DNA of 64,000 bases, taken from the NCBI GenBank assembly GCA_000708835.1, contig DF237139.1, positions 1-64,000 on the forward strand, given 5' to 3'. Origin of the DNA: Klebsormidium nitens. Lineage: Eukaryota; Plantae; Klebsormidiophyceae. The position numbers were made by a program, and so were the translations under genes. This document shows, piece after piece, positions 22,162-35,500 of the stretch (position 1 is its first letter; each line of letters starts with the position of its first letter). The notes beneath the pieces were generated by a model. The model was not told the origin of the DNA. It did not search any database and saw only the letters and a list, made by a program, of their open reading frames with translations.

Positions 22162-22714
22162 GGTCAGGCACAATGTCCTTTGCGCACTCAAGCACCCTGT
22201 GCCTGTCATCGCAATTAGCACTTGTCCCTGTGCTTCTGATGAATCCATGTCTTTGTCTGATGATCTGTGAAAGCATCTTGCTTCCTGCCAAGGCGCCAGC
22301 AGTAGCTTGTTTGGTAATATGCATAGAGGACATAAGCAATGCAGACGAGTTGACACCGCAGTCATCTACTGCTCATCCAACGCACCTGGCCGAAGGAGTC
22401 CAATTTGCTCACTCTTTCGTCCTTGGTGTTAGGAATAGCGCCTTTGTAAACTAAGGAGGAGTGCTCTCACATGCGCAACGCTCACTGCTTTCTACAACGT
22501 CGGACAACAACAACAACAACAACAGTTAGATCTCATGGATTATTGTTAGCTCACTCCTCTTCTTTTGGTGGACAGGCATGGGCTTAAGGCCACAATAGAG
22601 GGAGGAGAACGTGTTGGGGCAGGCTCCATCAGAGTGGTATCCATCAGACGAGGCCACCCCCTATACGGCTTAACCTGTGACTGCAGATAAAATCATTTCT
22701 CAAAGAGAGGGTGG

Positions 22715-22810
22715 ACGACCCGGGCTTGAACACACCCTCAAATAGAGGTTGGACGACCTGTGCTTGGGAAGCCCCTCAAAAAGAAGTTGGACGACCCGTG
22801 CTTGGCTGAC
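22715..22810 (+). repeat. Three imperfect 37-38 nt tandem repeats
   Basis: The gt(t)ggacgacc(c/t)g(g/t)gcttg core occurs three times. Confidence 0.75.
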
Positions 22811-22835
22811 CAGCGTATTGCTCTCTTACCCCGCA

Positions 22836-23856
22836 GGCGGTTCCGCCCCTGGCGACTCCCCTTCGCCGCAGCCAAACGGGCCTCTGATTGGGTTGGGCAA
22901 AGGGTTGACCGGACGCGAGCTTTCTTGTGTCACCACTGGCACCTCCTCAGAACGGGGGAGAGCGCCACAGAGCTTGTCATTGTGTTCTCGCCGATCGTGG
23001 CCGCGTCTTCGCTCGCATACCTCGGCCCCGCCATGTGTTTCTGGGCCACCAAGAAGCTGGCGATGACGGCTCTCTTCTCGATGATCACGTTCACCAGCCT
23101 CCAAGCGGACAGTCTGCAGCCGAACAACAAGCTGTGGTGCATGACAGACCGGACCATCGCAACTGTGGCAGGTGAGTTGAGGACAAACTTTTGCAAGTTG
23201 CAAGGTGAGATGACAACGGTGGTTGGCGTGCGGTTGAATGTCCAAGGAAGTACACTCGACGAGTGCATCAGTGCATGCGAAGGTGATTTGATGTACTGGT
23301 ATGGCACTGGCATGGGCATACAAGCAGAGAGCTTTGGGTTTCTCTTGGGCCAGGTGTCGGTAAAAGTGATAACTTTAGTACCTAGCTTGTCTGTTTTTTT
23401 CGTCAACAGACTGTTGCTTTTGACTCTTTCCAACGCGTTCTCTACTTGAAGGTTTCCACGTTTTGAAAAGGACTCTACCTTTTGAACTGGAGGTGCCATT
23501 TTTTATGTTTGAAGTACCAGTGTTGCCGGGAGTTGGGCTATCCCCATGGTATCATGAATGTGATTGACAGGGTCTTCTCGCTTGCCCTTGCAGTGATTAC
23601 TGGCCCAGTTCGCACCTTCCTGCACGCGGCGGCCACCTTTGACATGAAAATCAAAATCGCTATTCTGTCCACAGTCGCGTTGTCATGCTTGGCATGGAGC
23701 CGGTCGTCAAAGTCACAAAGTGACTTCGTCTTGAGGCACACTTGCTGGCACATTGTATCTGCAGCGGGGCTTTCTTGGATGGCCCTTCGGAGCGCCTACT
23801 TGGTGCAGCAATATGAGGCCAAACTGCTACTCACTGTGGCAGAGCTCGTTGCTTGA
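22836..23856 (+). CDS. Multi-pass membrane protein, CREST-superfamily-like; 5' end unresolved
   Basis: Exon ending at 23171 (GT donor) and exon 23594-23856 join in phase 1. Motifs TSLQAD, MTDRTIA and RHTCWHIV lie in hydrophobic helices. Confidence 0.6.
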
Positions 23857-25134
23857 ATGATAATGGGACTGAACATACCAATTGGCAGATTGGTTGCGAC
23901 AGTCTAGGGCATACCAACGCATTCTGTTGGGTGCTTTTGTCAAAGAGCAGGTTAATTATGTCGTGCACAAGAGCACAGCCGCAGCAGCCCGCCGCTCCAT
24001 TTTATCGACCGTTTCCTCACGAGCTGTGGGGTCAAATATAGAAAGGCTAACGCGATACTGCGCATTGATTATTGGTAACCGCTTGACACAAACGCCTCAA
24101 AGAGCTGCGTCGTCATGGACAGCTTAAACAAAGTGCAAAACGCAAAGATTGAGTTCCTCAGTACATTTTGAGTGTTCCTCACTACAATTGAGTGTTGAGG
24201 GTCCCTTACAGATACTTAAAAAGATGCTTCAATTGCTTGCATTCACCCGTAAAATGTACCACTCTTGACATTCGACTACTTGTGAATCATGCAATATTGG
24301 ATTGTGATCTCATCACGTCATTCATCCGCAAGTCAAAAGTTAGGGGCCTGTGTATGTGGGCGCGGCGCCCTCTGCGATTGTCCGAACTGCTTATGCACTC
24401 AGTTTCTAGCTTAGCATGAGGACGTCTTCGTTGACCAAGCTAAAAGTTGGTCTATGCAGTTGCTAACTTATTAATTGCCGTGCCCTAATTCATGTCTAGT
24501 TTGATGGCGCGGCGAGCCTTGACGTACCAATTCTGGGACAGATCATGTTGCGCTGTAATCCAATTAGTGTTAGTACCGATTCGCGACGCCATGGCCACTG
24601 ATCGGATGCATTCGAATGGCTTTCTAACTAGTTAAATTTCAACATTGTCACCTTGTTAGTGCGTATACTTGAAGTGACTCGCGCCTGCGCACGCGCGCTC
24701 GCAGGCCGGGCCGGAGACGAATATTGAAGCCGCCTCGGGTCTGAATATTATGTGGATTTTAAGTTGCTGTCGAGGACGAGTTTAATCGAGCTTGCATCAC
24801 ATGAATTCGGTGGCCTGCGGCGGGCGTAGGCATGAAGTTTGGGACGGACTGTCCATGCATACTGCATGGTCGGACACAGTGACCGTGGCTCCCACGCTTG
24901 AATCACACGACATGGTCAGCTTCCGCTATTGTGCCCGTTGTATTGCACTCACTGCATGGTACCCACTAGGATCAGCACTGCACCTGCTTCTGTTCGAAGT
25001 TTGATCAGATGCATGAAAGAAAGGCAGATCGAATGACTCTCAACTCACACTCGCCAGACGAAACTTTCATCCTGACCTAATCTGCTTTGCAGACCTACCC
25101 ATAGAGGGTTACACCGACTTTGGATCAGACGTCG

Positions 25135-28100
25135 TCAAATCAACTTGGAACGAGATGGTCTGTGCCCTGTGGCTATGACTCTACCTACGACTGCAATCTT
25201 TTTTACGCCATCCCCCATATTGCCTCCTGCTTGCTTTGACGCGTCAGAAAGACCCCCAACAAGTTTCTGTTCGCCTCGGGACTCGGCTCGAGACACTCCG
25301 CTCGCCAGCTCCGCTCTGAAAGTAAAAGAGCGTGCATCGTCAAAGCGCCTGGCATCTTGGGCCGTCTGCGATCGAGATGAAGGCATCCGTTCTTGACACG
25401 TATCTGCCCTTTCTCGCGCCCCCCCGCTTTCACCTTCCCCCGTCAAACAACTCTGCGTGCCGTCGTTGGTAACTAGGCTCCTGCTTCTGCTTTCTAGACT
25501 GCGTGCTGCTTCGCTACCTGCGCCGTTTCGTACCCTTTCTAGTTGCGCTCCCCGTCCCCGCCCATTCGCACCGCTTGTGGAAGCTGGACGTGGCTCATGG
25601 TGGGAACCGGCTCTCGAGGCGGTTGCTCTGAAGTATTGAGGAGTCCCCGATTCGGGAGAACGCCTCCTTCGGTACTGAGCAACGCAGTCGTATGTATGCA
25701 TGGTGAAGGGGCTCGAAGCGAAGCACCTGAGAAAGGGAAAATGAAAAGACATTTCAGAGCGTGGCACAGAGAGTACAAGGTCAGTACAAGGTCATGCCTT
25801 TGACACAGTGGGCATACTGGCAGGGATTGCAGCAAGGTTTTGCCGTTAACACGACAGGGGGCTGTAGGAGCCGACAGAAGAGGTGAGCAATGTTGTCCTT
25901 CGATGCGAGGGCAAAGCTCCAAAACGTTTCAAGCCGTGGATTCGGACACTGTAACGAAGGCGGCCAAAGAAAACCGACAAATCCCAACTCGAGCTGCACT
26001 GCCGAGACTTTCTGACCCCAACTTGCGTGAGCAACGCACTCTGTCCGACTTGGCGTGCACTAATTTCAATCAACTCCAGAAAGAAGCAAAAGCACTCGGA
26101 CGAGAAGAAAATCGTACCTCAGCTCATGCCAGAACGCCGCAGCACGATCGCCGAGAAACGGTTCCAACTGCGCCACCGGTTCTCCACCGGCATTCCCCCC
26201 AAGCTCGAACTCGCTTGCTGACCTCCAGAGTGACGTCACGAGCTGCGTAACGAGGGGGTCCGCCTCCCCCAGGAGCGCCCGCAGCTCGCGCTCGATCCAG
26301 GGGGCAAGGCGCCGCTGACTTCGGGCGACGTCCTGCAGAGAGAAGTCCGAAGATCGTCAATGCGATTGTGGGTGTTCACGTTGGCGTCTTAACAGGCTTT
26401 AGTCGATGACTGGATTCTCTATTGCTTTGATTGTCTCTTCCATACGGCCGCCTGTTGAGCACCTAAACGTGCACAGAAAAGCACTCTTTCCCACAGCCAT
26501 CTCGTGAGTGGCTTGAAGAGAGCCCAACGAACCTTGCTGGTTTTTGTCCTTGACAACGCCAGTGACGAAGACCCAACTCGGGAACCAAGATTCAGAATAT
26601 CCGTTGTGATTGAAGATTGGGATGTATTGGCTGCTCCTTGAGATTTGAGACCCGGTTCGCAAGGTTTCAAGGGCAATGAGCAATAACCTCTCCGGAGATA
26701 TCTGCAAAGCTTGGAAAAGTTGAAAAGTTTCCTCAAACATGCTTTTACGTCCTCCAACCTGAACTTATGGAACGGATCCTGGGCATACCGGCCAGGATGT
26801 CAATTTTCAAGGAACTTTTGCGATTCAACATTTGTAAGATATGTTCAGCAGAAAGCTCCTGGATCACGGTGTACACTTGAGAAACGGAAACTATGAGAGC
26901 ACGTTGTCTACTTTCAGGACGGTGAGACGGATCCGAACGGATCACTCCGAAATACTCCTGGCATACAACCGATATGACAAAAATGAAGTTCATCAATGCC
27001 CAACATGCACGAGAGATACGGGGCGCGTTGTTTGGGCGGCAATCCTTCGACAATAACAGCTCAACCGCCTTAGAACCAGTACCACGGTCCAGACGTGTTC
27101 CCGGCATGAGCATACATCTTGTCACTCAACCGTCTGTCAAAAAAAACGTAACCTGCGAAGAAGGGGATTGCACCGCCCCTTTCGTACCTGCGACCTGCCA
27201 ACTCGACCCACCGGTCCACCAATCTCCACCGCCTCCAAACCCCGATCATAGATGCTCCTGCGCCACCTCAGCGCACGCTCCTCTGTCCCGTCTTGCTCTG
27301 GTGTGAAAACCCTCTGGCGTGGGGCCGGTTGTGTCCTCCGTCCCCCCTGATCCTCTCGCTCATGCGCCTGGTTCGGACCCCCGGGGGGCCTCCGCCTGTC
27401 CGATTGCAAGCCCCGTTGCAACCGGTGGTAGTACGGCCGGGCGTTGAAGCGCTCTTCCGTTTCCTGATTAAGATAAGCCCCTCGGTTGGAGTGATCCCTG
27501 GTTCTCTCCAACCGGCCAGACGTCTCATTCTGAGGGGGCGGCGGCAGACTCACTTCTCTGGATGCCCCTTCCCCCTGGATGTCGTACCACCAGCCGGTGA
27601 AACCCCCCTTGCAGAGCGGACACACCCGCCGGATCTCGCTCCAGGCGCGTATGCATTCCACACAAAACACGTGCATGCAGCTCTTTAGCACGGCTTTCTC
27701 TTCCGGGGGGATGTCATTTAGACAGATGGGGCAAGTTGACTGCATCCCCAGGACCTCCAAATCCTCTGTTTGCCGTCGCCTTGCCCTCGGCTGTTCGGTT
27801 TGTTCTTCTCCCTCCGACGGCAAGTCCCAGCGCGACTTTCTTTTCTTGTTGGCTCGTTGTGCAAAACCCCCCTCCCCTTCCGGAGATCCATGATCGGCTT
27901 CTCTTACCTCCCTCGTTGAGAAACTTGCTTGTTGCATACCAGGACTTGTCTCCCCTGAGAGCGCATCCCCTTCTCGGGACTCAAAATGGATGAGACCCTC
28001 CCCTGGTAGACGGTAAGGTGAATCCCCAGGAGCCGACTGCTCAGAGTCGGAGTCTAGCTGGATTACGTGCGGACTTGAGGAAGCGCTGCGCCTGGGGGCA

Positions 28101-28186
28101 GTCCTTCTGGAGGAACTAGGGTGAGGGGATATGCGAGGAGCACCTGCAGGTTTGAGGTGGTGAAAATTCCAGGAAAGACAAGGCAT
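25135..28186 (-). CDS. Topors-like C3HC4 RING E3 ubiquitin ligase
   Basis: RING CPICLNDIPPEEKAVLKSCMHVFCVECIRAWSEIRRVCPLCK; exon 26332-26118 (RLAPWIERELRALL...LEPFLGDRAAAFWHELR) splices to the exon from 25726 (CFASSPFTMHTYD). The true start may lie in an upstream exon. Confidence 0.85.
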
Positions 28187-29547
28187 GCCTGTTTCTATGT
28201 GGTACGCGATGCCACCGACCGAAGTGTTAAGGTGTCAGATACCCAAGCAGCTTATACTCTGAGCATGAACACAATCTGCTGACACACCGAACATAGGAAC
28301 AAGCATTGTCCTGCAATATTTTTATCACATCTGCCAACGACAATTGTTCAAGCTCTAAAAAAGTGGGAGCTCGATATAGAAATGTGGTCAAGTCTCTGGC
28401 AAAAGACAGCCCTGAACGCGTGAGCCTTTTTTAATCACGGGAGGCATAAGGCATGCCAAGCCTTACTGCCAAAATCAGCACCACCCCCATCACACATGAA
28501 GCACCCCAACAACCCTATTGGATTTGCCACACATCGAGCTTGGCAAAAAGAAATGCTGACAAATCAGACCTCTTCTACAATAGCACACCTTCTGACATCA
28601 GCACGATCTTACTGCTCGTGGCATCTATAAGTCAGAAGGATCGAGCGACCACAGCGATGGAGAACGTTGCGATTGATATGTTTTCCGCCGCTTACCTTCA
28701 GGCCGCTCCACATCGTTCCTTGCGCTTGCAGGCGCCGGAACTGCCCCGCAGACCCCTAGCGACGGCATCCAAACCGGCACAAGGCCGCTGTGCTCGTAAG
28801 CTGACATGGAGCTCGGTGCTGGCATGTAGCCATGCGGCTCGCAGAGAACTGAGAAGCTGGCTAGGCCGAGCTGCCTTCAACTTGAACTTCCAAGTTGCTT
28901 CTTTGCTTGCTGCAAACATGACTTCAAGAAAAGTTAGGGTTTGTCAGGAGCCCGGTATGCTATCAACACTATACCGTGTAGTGATACATATAAGAGGCTA
29001 TTTTGTTTCACTGAAAGAGCTAATATGGGGACTAGGCATGTATGAGGTAGTAATGGGTCTAGACTCGAGAGTTCGAGGCGCAGATCTTCGACGGCCAAAT
29101 GTGCTGTCGTCGTATGTTCATCTAGTCTAGGGTCAGATCTGGCCGGAGGTGCGTACCTTGTGAGTCCAGGTACCAATCTTGCGAGTCAACTCCGTCCCAG
29201 CTCAGGCCCAGGGCGCTGCATGGAGGGATCGCTTCAATTGAGAATTGTGTGTTTTTTCACGTTCTTGCTTTCCATGGCGCCTCATCTGGACGGTGCTCGC
29301 CACTTTGGCTGCTGAAAGCTTGTCTTCACCTGGAGCCTGGAGGCTTGAAACTTCTGATCAATCACTAGGCAAAGACCGTCGCGGCGGAGCCGCAGTTGAG
29401 CCAAGGTTGCCTTAGAATGGCCAAAGCAGGGCTGCATTAGCAGCCTCCAGGGCTGGGTTGATAAGGGCAACCCTTCGTCTGGAAAAAGAGTCTATTGAGA
29501 CAATCTGCTGACCGTCAAGAGAGCAAGCGCTTTGTGGGGTCTCAAAA

Positions 29548-32500
29548 ATGGCGGAGCGTGCAAGTGAGCGATCTTTCAATAGCTCTGTTTCCTCCGGAAT
29601 AGGCTTATGCTCACATGTCGCAAAAGTTTATATTCTTGGATTGTATCGATTTCCAGCCCTAGGAATCTAGTGCATGGTTGCGAAACTTCCTATTATGTGA
29701 AATTTGCCAGCGGCATCTCAAATTACAGCCTAAACTGGAATACATCAGCCAATTGGATTTTGTTGCAGGTGTCATTGATTGCTTATTGATTTAGAAGTCT
29801 CCTGTGTTGGCGCCTGTGGTACGCATTGCATGGGTTAAACTGGAAAATCTCGATAAGAACGATTTTGGTCGATGGAAGGCTTTTGGTTCAATTGGTGCTG
29901 CATGGTTGCGTTGACACGTTCCATCATGATTGAAATGGATCGAGAAGATGAACAACAGTCTCCAATTGGTTTCCGGGGCTTGGATAAGTGATGCAGGTGG
30001 TGCGCCCAGCCTCAGAAAGATGGGAGGACGAAGGTGTCAGATTGCTGACAGGTGCAGAATCATAGGAGGTCTATACTGGATCTTCTGATGTATGACTGCT
30101 GAGTGCTCAATGGAGGTCCTTTATCACTGCCATACAGCACACCTCTTCCCACTACAAGCTGCCGCAGAGCATGAAGGATCCGAGATCTTAGATATGATAT
30201 CTCTCTAAATTGCACTCTACTCCTTCAGGGTATCTCTCACGGGGCACACATATCCTTGTGCTTGAGCTCGAGAGTGGGGACAATTACATCGTCACCAGCT
30301 TGTCTACAAGACAGGACACGCAGGTCAGTCCTTCCGATCAAGCGCGCATCAGCATTCTCGGACACTCCTTAGTTTTACCGCCAACGCCTAGTGGGATCAA
30401 TCCAAGCCTGCATGTTCACAAGGTCGTCACGACGAAGTGCAAATGATGATCGTGTTTGCATAGCACCTAGACTTTGATGAATCGAGAATGAGCTGATTCA
30501 GGATCGAGCTGATTGAGAATCAAGCTAAAGGTACTTGGCCAGTGTCCTTTTGGTCACTCACTATCAAGAGATTGCGGGATGCTACAGCTCAGCATTGCTG
30601 GACTTGTTCCTCTGCTTAATCAAGTAGACAACAGGGTCTCAATTGTCCGTCAATCCCTGCAGAACAGCACACTGGTTGAAACCCGCTGCACAACGTCAAT
30701 GTAATGACCCCACCATACTTGTATGCTCAAAAGGTCCTTCCGCCAGATTGTCATCTGGCCCTGCTCTTGGGCCCTTTGCCGTCACTCTCATCTATGTTCT
30801 TCTGACGTAAGATCCATCCATGCCAGGTCATCGCCATTGACCCCACCAGTGGGTCCCTTCGTTTCACTGGCCGCTGGGGCGTCGACCAATTCCCCTCCGA
30901 ACCAGACGCCATTCACGCCGTCACATCCGGAGGCCGCACCCTTGTCAAATCTCGCATCGAGGGGAGGGCCATTCTTGGCTACGCCGCTGTCGGCCAGTTC
31001 GCCCTCATCCTAGTTGCCACCAAGACCCGCGTCTCAATCGCGTCACTCCCAGGGGGGGACTCGGTGCAGCTCGTGACCGACAGCCAATGGAAGAAGATTC
31101 CCCTGAGAAGCCCCCAGCCGCAGCCGGCCTCTGAGCTGAAGAACATCACAGAATTGACTGAGACGGCGATTGACGGGTGTCATTACTTCTGCGAAACGCG
31201 TGATCTGACGCGGCCGTTCCCGAGCGGGGCGCCGGTGGGGGAGCCGGACCGGGAGTATGTATGGAATGAGTGGCTGGCGGCTCCGTTCAAGCGGATCGGG
31301 CTGCCTTCGCACTGTGTGGTTCTGATGCAGGTGGGTGATTGCGTTTGTGATCTTCGCTCGGTTTGTTTGGGTGCTGATCAGCACGGCCAAGAGCGACTTG
31401 GTCAAGAGTATTAAAAGGTATGCGGAGGAATTGATGATTGTTTGCTTGTTGATGCGAAGGCTGGCAGCAACGTATTTCTTATCATCAAAGGATAAGCAGA
31501 GAGGGAGCAGATGTTGCGTAAAGCTGAAAGGAGACGTCTCTTTGCCGTGCAATACCTAACTTTGAAATCTTGCGTTTCTGCACCACGTAGCGTACTAAGT
31601 AGGAATCCTGCGTTTCTCTCAAGCGATCTCTGTTCAGTAGCCTCTCCAAAGCCAGGAAAGTTTCGGTGTTGCACCTCCCCCCGGCGTTTGCAGTCCATTC
31701 ACCAGGGCACATGCCTCTCCTGGCTTGCAGGGCGTTGCCGAGAGTCGCACCTTCCCCGACTCCTCCGGCCGGCAGGCCATTGTCTCCCTCATCGCGCGCC
31801 GCAGCCGCCTCCACCCGGGCACCCGTTACCTCGCCCGGGGGCTCAACCCGGCCGCGAGCACGGGCAACGAAATAGAGTGCGAGCAGCTCGTCTTTCCGGC
31901 CGGCCAGTCGCCGGGAAAGCCCGTTCCGTTTTCGGTATACCTATGGCGGCGGGGCACCGTTCCGATCTGGTGGGGGGCGGAGATCAAGTCGACCATGGCC
32001 GAGGCGGAGCTCTATGTGTGCGAGGAACGGGCGTTTGAGGGGTCCGGCAGGTACTATAAGCGGCTGGAGAGGAGGTATAAGGGGGACGGGAGGAGCGCGG
32101 CGGACGGGAAGGCGCGGGCCACACCGATCGTGTGTGTGAACCTGTTGAGAACGCAGCCGGGGAAGCCAGAGCTGGTGAGGGGTTCGACTTGGGTCCGAGG
32201 TTTCGGTGTGGAGCTTTCGTGGGCTCGAAGGGTGTTGGTGTCGTTTTGAGCTCGTTCCTAATTCGTCGATTGTCACTTGAAGACTTTGAAGAGGTGGGAA
32301 CAAGGATCTCAGAGTCGAGCTCCTCGTTGTTGTGCCACTGTAGGCTGCGGATGAACTCCAGAACACTGTCCAGATTCGCTGGGACGCTCCTGATGTTTCT
32401 GCTCTAATGTCCTTCGCTACTCGTCGTATCAGGTTGACAGTCCTGCTTGAGACATTTCCGCAAATTCCAAAACCCTTACTTTGACTTCCTACAGACAAAA

Positions 32501-35500
32501 GAGCCCAAGCGTTGGAAACGGGAAACAGTTGTACTTGGTGATCAGACTTGTGACGGCAATTGTCTGGTTCTAAAATGCTTTTGGCATTCCCTCTCTGTCG
32601 TTGTTTCCTCACATACCTCAATCGTAAAGCTCAAATTTATGTTCCAACCGCTGATGGCGTGTCGTTTTCTGCTCCAGCCTTTAGCCGAGGCCTTCCAATC
32701 CATGGCCGCGGAACTCCGCGACGCACGCCAGTCGTCCGATTCGATCGTCACCGTCGTCAACTACGACTGGCACGCCACCACGAAAGCGATCGGCGAGCCC
32801 AAAACCATCGAGGGTTTGTGGAACCTGCTCCGTAACCCGATGACCGACATCGGGGTCGGCCTCGGGGAGTGGCGCCCTCCGGGGGGCGAGAACGGCGTGG
32901 GAAACCTGCCCCCCGGAGTGGTGAGAAACGCCGGGCTGGGAGCTGGGGTGTACAAAACGAACGTGAGGCAGAGCGGAGTGGTGCGGTACAATTGTGCGGA
33001 CTCGCTGGACCGGACGAACGCAGCGTCCTTCTTTGGAGCAGTACAGGTGAGAGGGGTCAGGCGACTTTCTATTGTAGAAAAGGTTTTGGCGGGTTGGCAG
33101 TCGATCTGATCGTGAGAGAAGTTTTCCCCATGTGTCAAGGCGGAATTCTACACAGACGTCATGGTGACTTCCTTTAGGGGCGGCTATATCAAAAGTATTA
33201 CAAGTGGCTCGCTATGTGAACCCCTGATTGCTGATGGGAAGATTGCTACTTCCTTTGACAAGAACCCTCTTGTCTAAACTTTGTCACGATCATACGTCGG
33301 TTTACGGTGAATCGGCATACGTGGGACTACGTTTCGATCAACTTCAGAACTGTCAAAATCTGACAAAAGGCTCTGCTTTGCATCTTCACGTCACCTCTGC
33401 TCGACCGTCAAGATCTTCACAAAAGCTTTGCCAAACGCCTTCCTCCCCTCATTCAAAGCAATGATACTTTAGGAATCGCAAGCCTTAGGAATAGTAAGCT
33501 CACCAGCCTAGGACGGGTAGGGTTAAGTGGGGGGTTTAGGGTGTGTACGGGTGCGGAGCAGGTAACTCTTGAAGGTTAGAATTCTCGTTTTTGGTTTGAG
33601 CCTACTGTTCCTAAAGTATCTCGACATCCGCATTCAGGCCCTCTCGGAGCAGTGCCGGCTGCTGGGCCTCAGCATCGACGTCAGCGCCAGCCTCACCACG
33701 TCCACCGGGAGCTCATACGACCTCGACGCCCAACCGCTGAGCACCCAAAACCGCCCACGGCTTATCGAGGGGCCGCTTCCACCGGGGTGGGAGAAGCGCA
33801 AAGACCCCACCACAAACAAGGCCTTTTACATCGACCACAATACGCGGAAGACGACCTGGGACCACCCGAACTTGATCCCAGCGTCGCCGCTGCCGGAAGC
33901 GCATGTGAAGCCGAGGGGAGTGGCCGAGGGAGACAGGTCGGACAGCCCGGCAAGTGAGTGACGGTTCGTTCTTCTCTTAGCTTGGATTCTCTCCGATCAG
34001 TGGGTTCAGCGGATGGTCAGCAATCTGGCTAGTCATTGTTGCCGGGAGACTTTCAGCTTTGAAAAAATGTTTTTGCTTCTTGATTCGGCTCGGTTTCTGT
34101 ATGCAGGTGAGGACCAAGGATTAGGAGCAAGCATATAACGTCGTCTGTTACCTTTCATTGCGAATCCACAGCCGCAGTTCCTGTCCGTTATGCCGAATCA
34201 AGTAATTTGCCGTCATCTGGGCTTTCTATTTGGATGTCCGTCTGATCTTACCACATTTCCGCCAGCTACCACTCTCTTCCTACAAGTATCGTTCTTTTGT
34301 CTGAGCCGTGCTTTTCTGAATCCAGAGAATTGCAGCTGGAGCGACTTTGACCTGAGCTGGGAGGCAGTGCCACTAAGTTCCGCAATCTTATCTCATCTTC
34401 GGGTTACGCCTATAGTTTTTAGATTTTGAACAACCGTGGCTTTTCGATCCCGGGAATTGCACTTGGAGCCGCTTCGGCCTGGGCTTCGAGGAGGTCACAA
34501 ATGAAGTCCGCAAGTTTGCCCTAAGACCCTGAAGCCCTAAAACTCTAGAAGACTTAAGTCAAAGCTTTTCTGGATCCAGGGAACCGCAGCTGGAGCCGCT
34601 TCGGCCTGGGCTTCGAGGAGGTGAAGGGCGCGACGCTGTCTGCGCCGCTGGAGGCGATGAGCGACATGTTCATGATTGCGGGGGACATCCACGCGTCGCT
34701 CTACTCGGGGAGCAAGGCGATGCACAGCCACATACTGCACATCTTCTCCGAGGTAAGGGTTGCGAGCTCCTCCGTTGAGTTCCTAGGCACCTCTTTTGGA
34801 TGCAGAGCGTGCCCTCTCTTGGTCCATTCAACACTCAGGGCTTTTCTTCAAACGGCTCTGCTTTTTCTTGACATGGTTTGACAACATCCGTGTTTCATCG
34901 ATGTTCTGTGTGTAAAACGCCGGCGGCGCTTGGCGACGGTGGTCACAATAAGCACTGTGCTTCGAATCTTCGAATTAGAAACCTTGAACCTCAATGACCT
35001 GTGGTCTTATTGAAAAGCAGCCGAATCTCAACCCAGGACGCCGCAAAGTTTAAAAGTCTTGACTGCCAAACATGGCCATCTGCAGCGGCGCTTCATGAAC
35101 TTGGTGATTGGCAGTTCCATGATTGCACCTACCTAGAAACTCGAAGCCCCTGTAACCTTACGAATTCCTCACTTTTCTTAACTCTCAGGATTCCGCCAAG
35201 GCTATTGCGTCCTCAACAGCACAAAACGTGGCCATCATGCTCCTGCAGCGCTACATGAACATGGTCGTCGGAAGTTCGATGCAACCCAAGAACTTGTCAC
35301 CTCTGGTCTAACCAAGCTCTTAAACAATCGCCTCCAGGACACCGCCAACGTCAAGAAGTCTTCCACCGTTGCCAATGTTGCCAATCGCGCTACAGCGGCG
35401 CTCCTTGAACACGGTTCTTGACAACGCCCGTCGTGCATCTAAGTAGAAAGTATAAACCCCAAAAACCTGTAGTCTAACCAACCTCTTAACCCTTTCTCTT

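Noticed and set aside
28453-29130. 225-aa plus-strand ORF between the RING gene and SAC9
   Set aside because: No recognisable motif; probably intron or UTR of the RING gene or shared promoter sequence.
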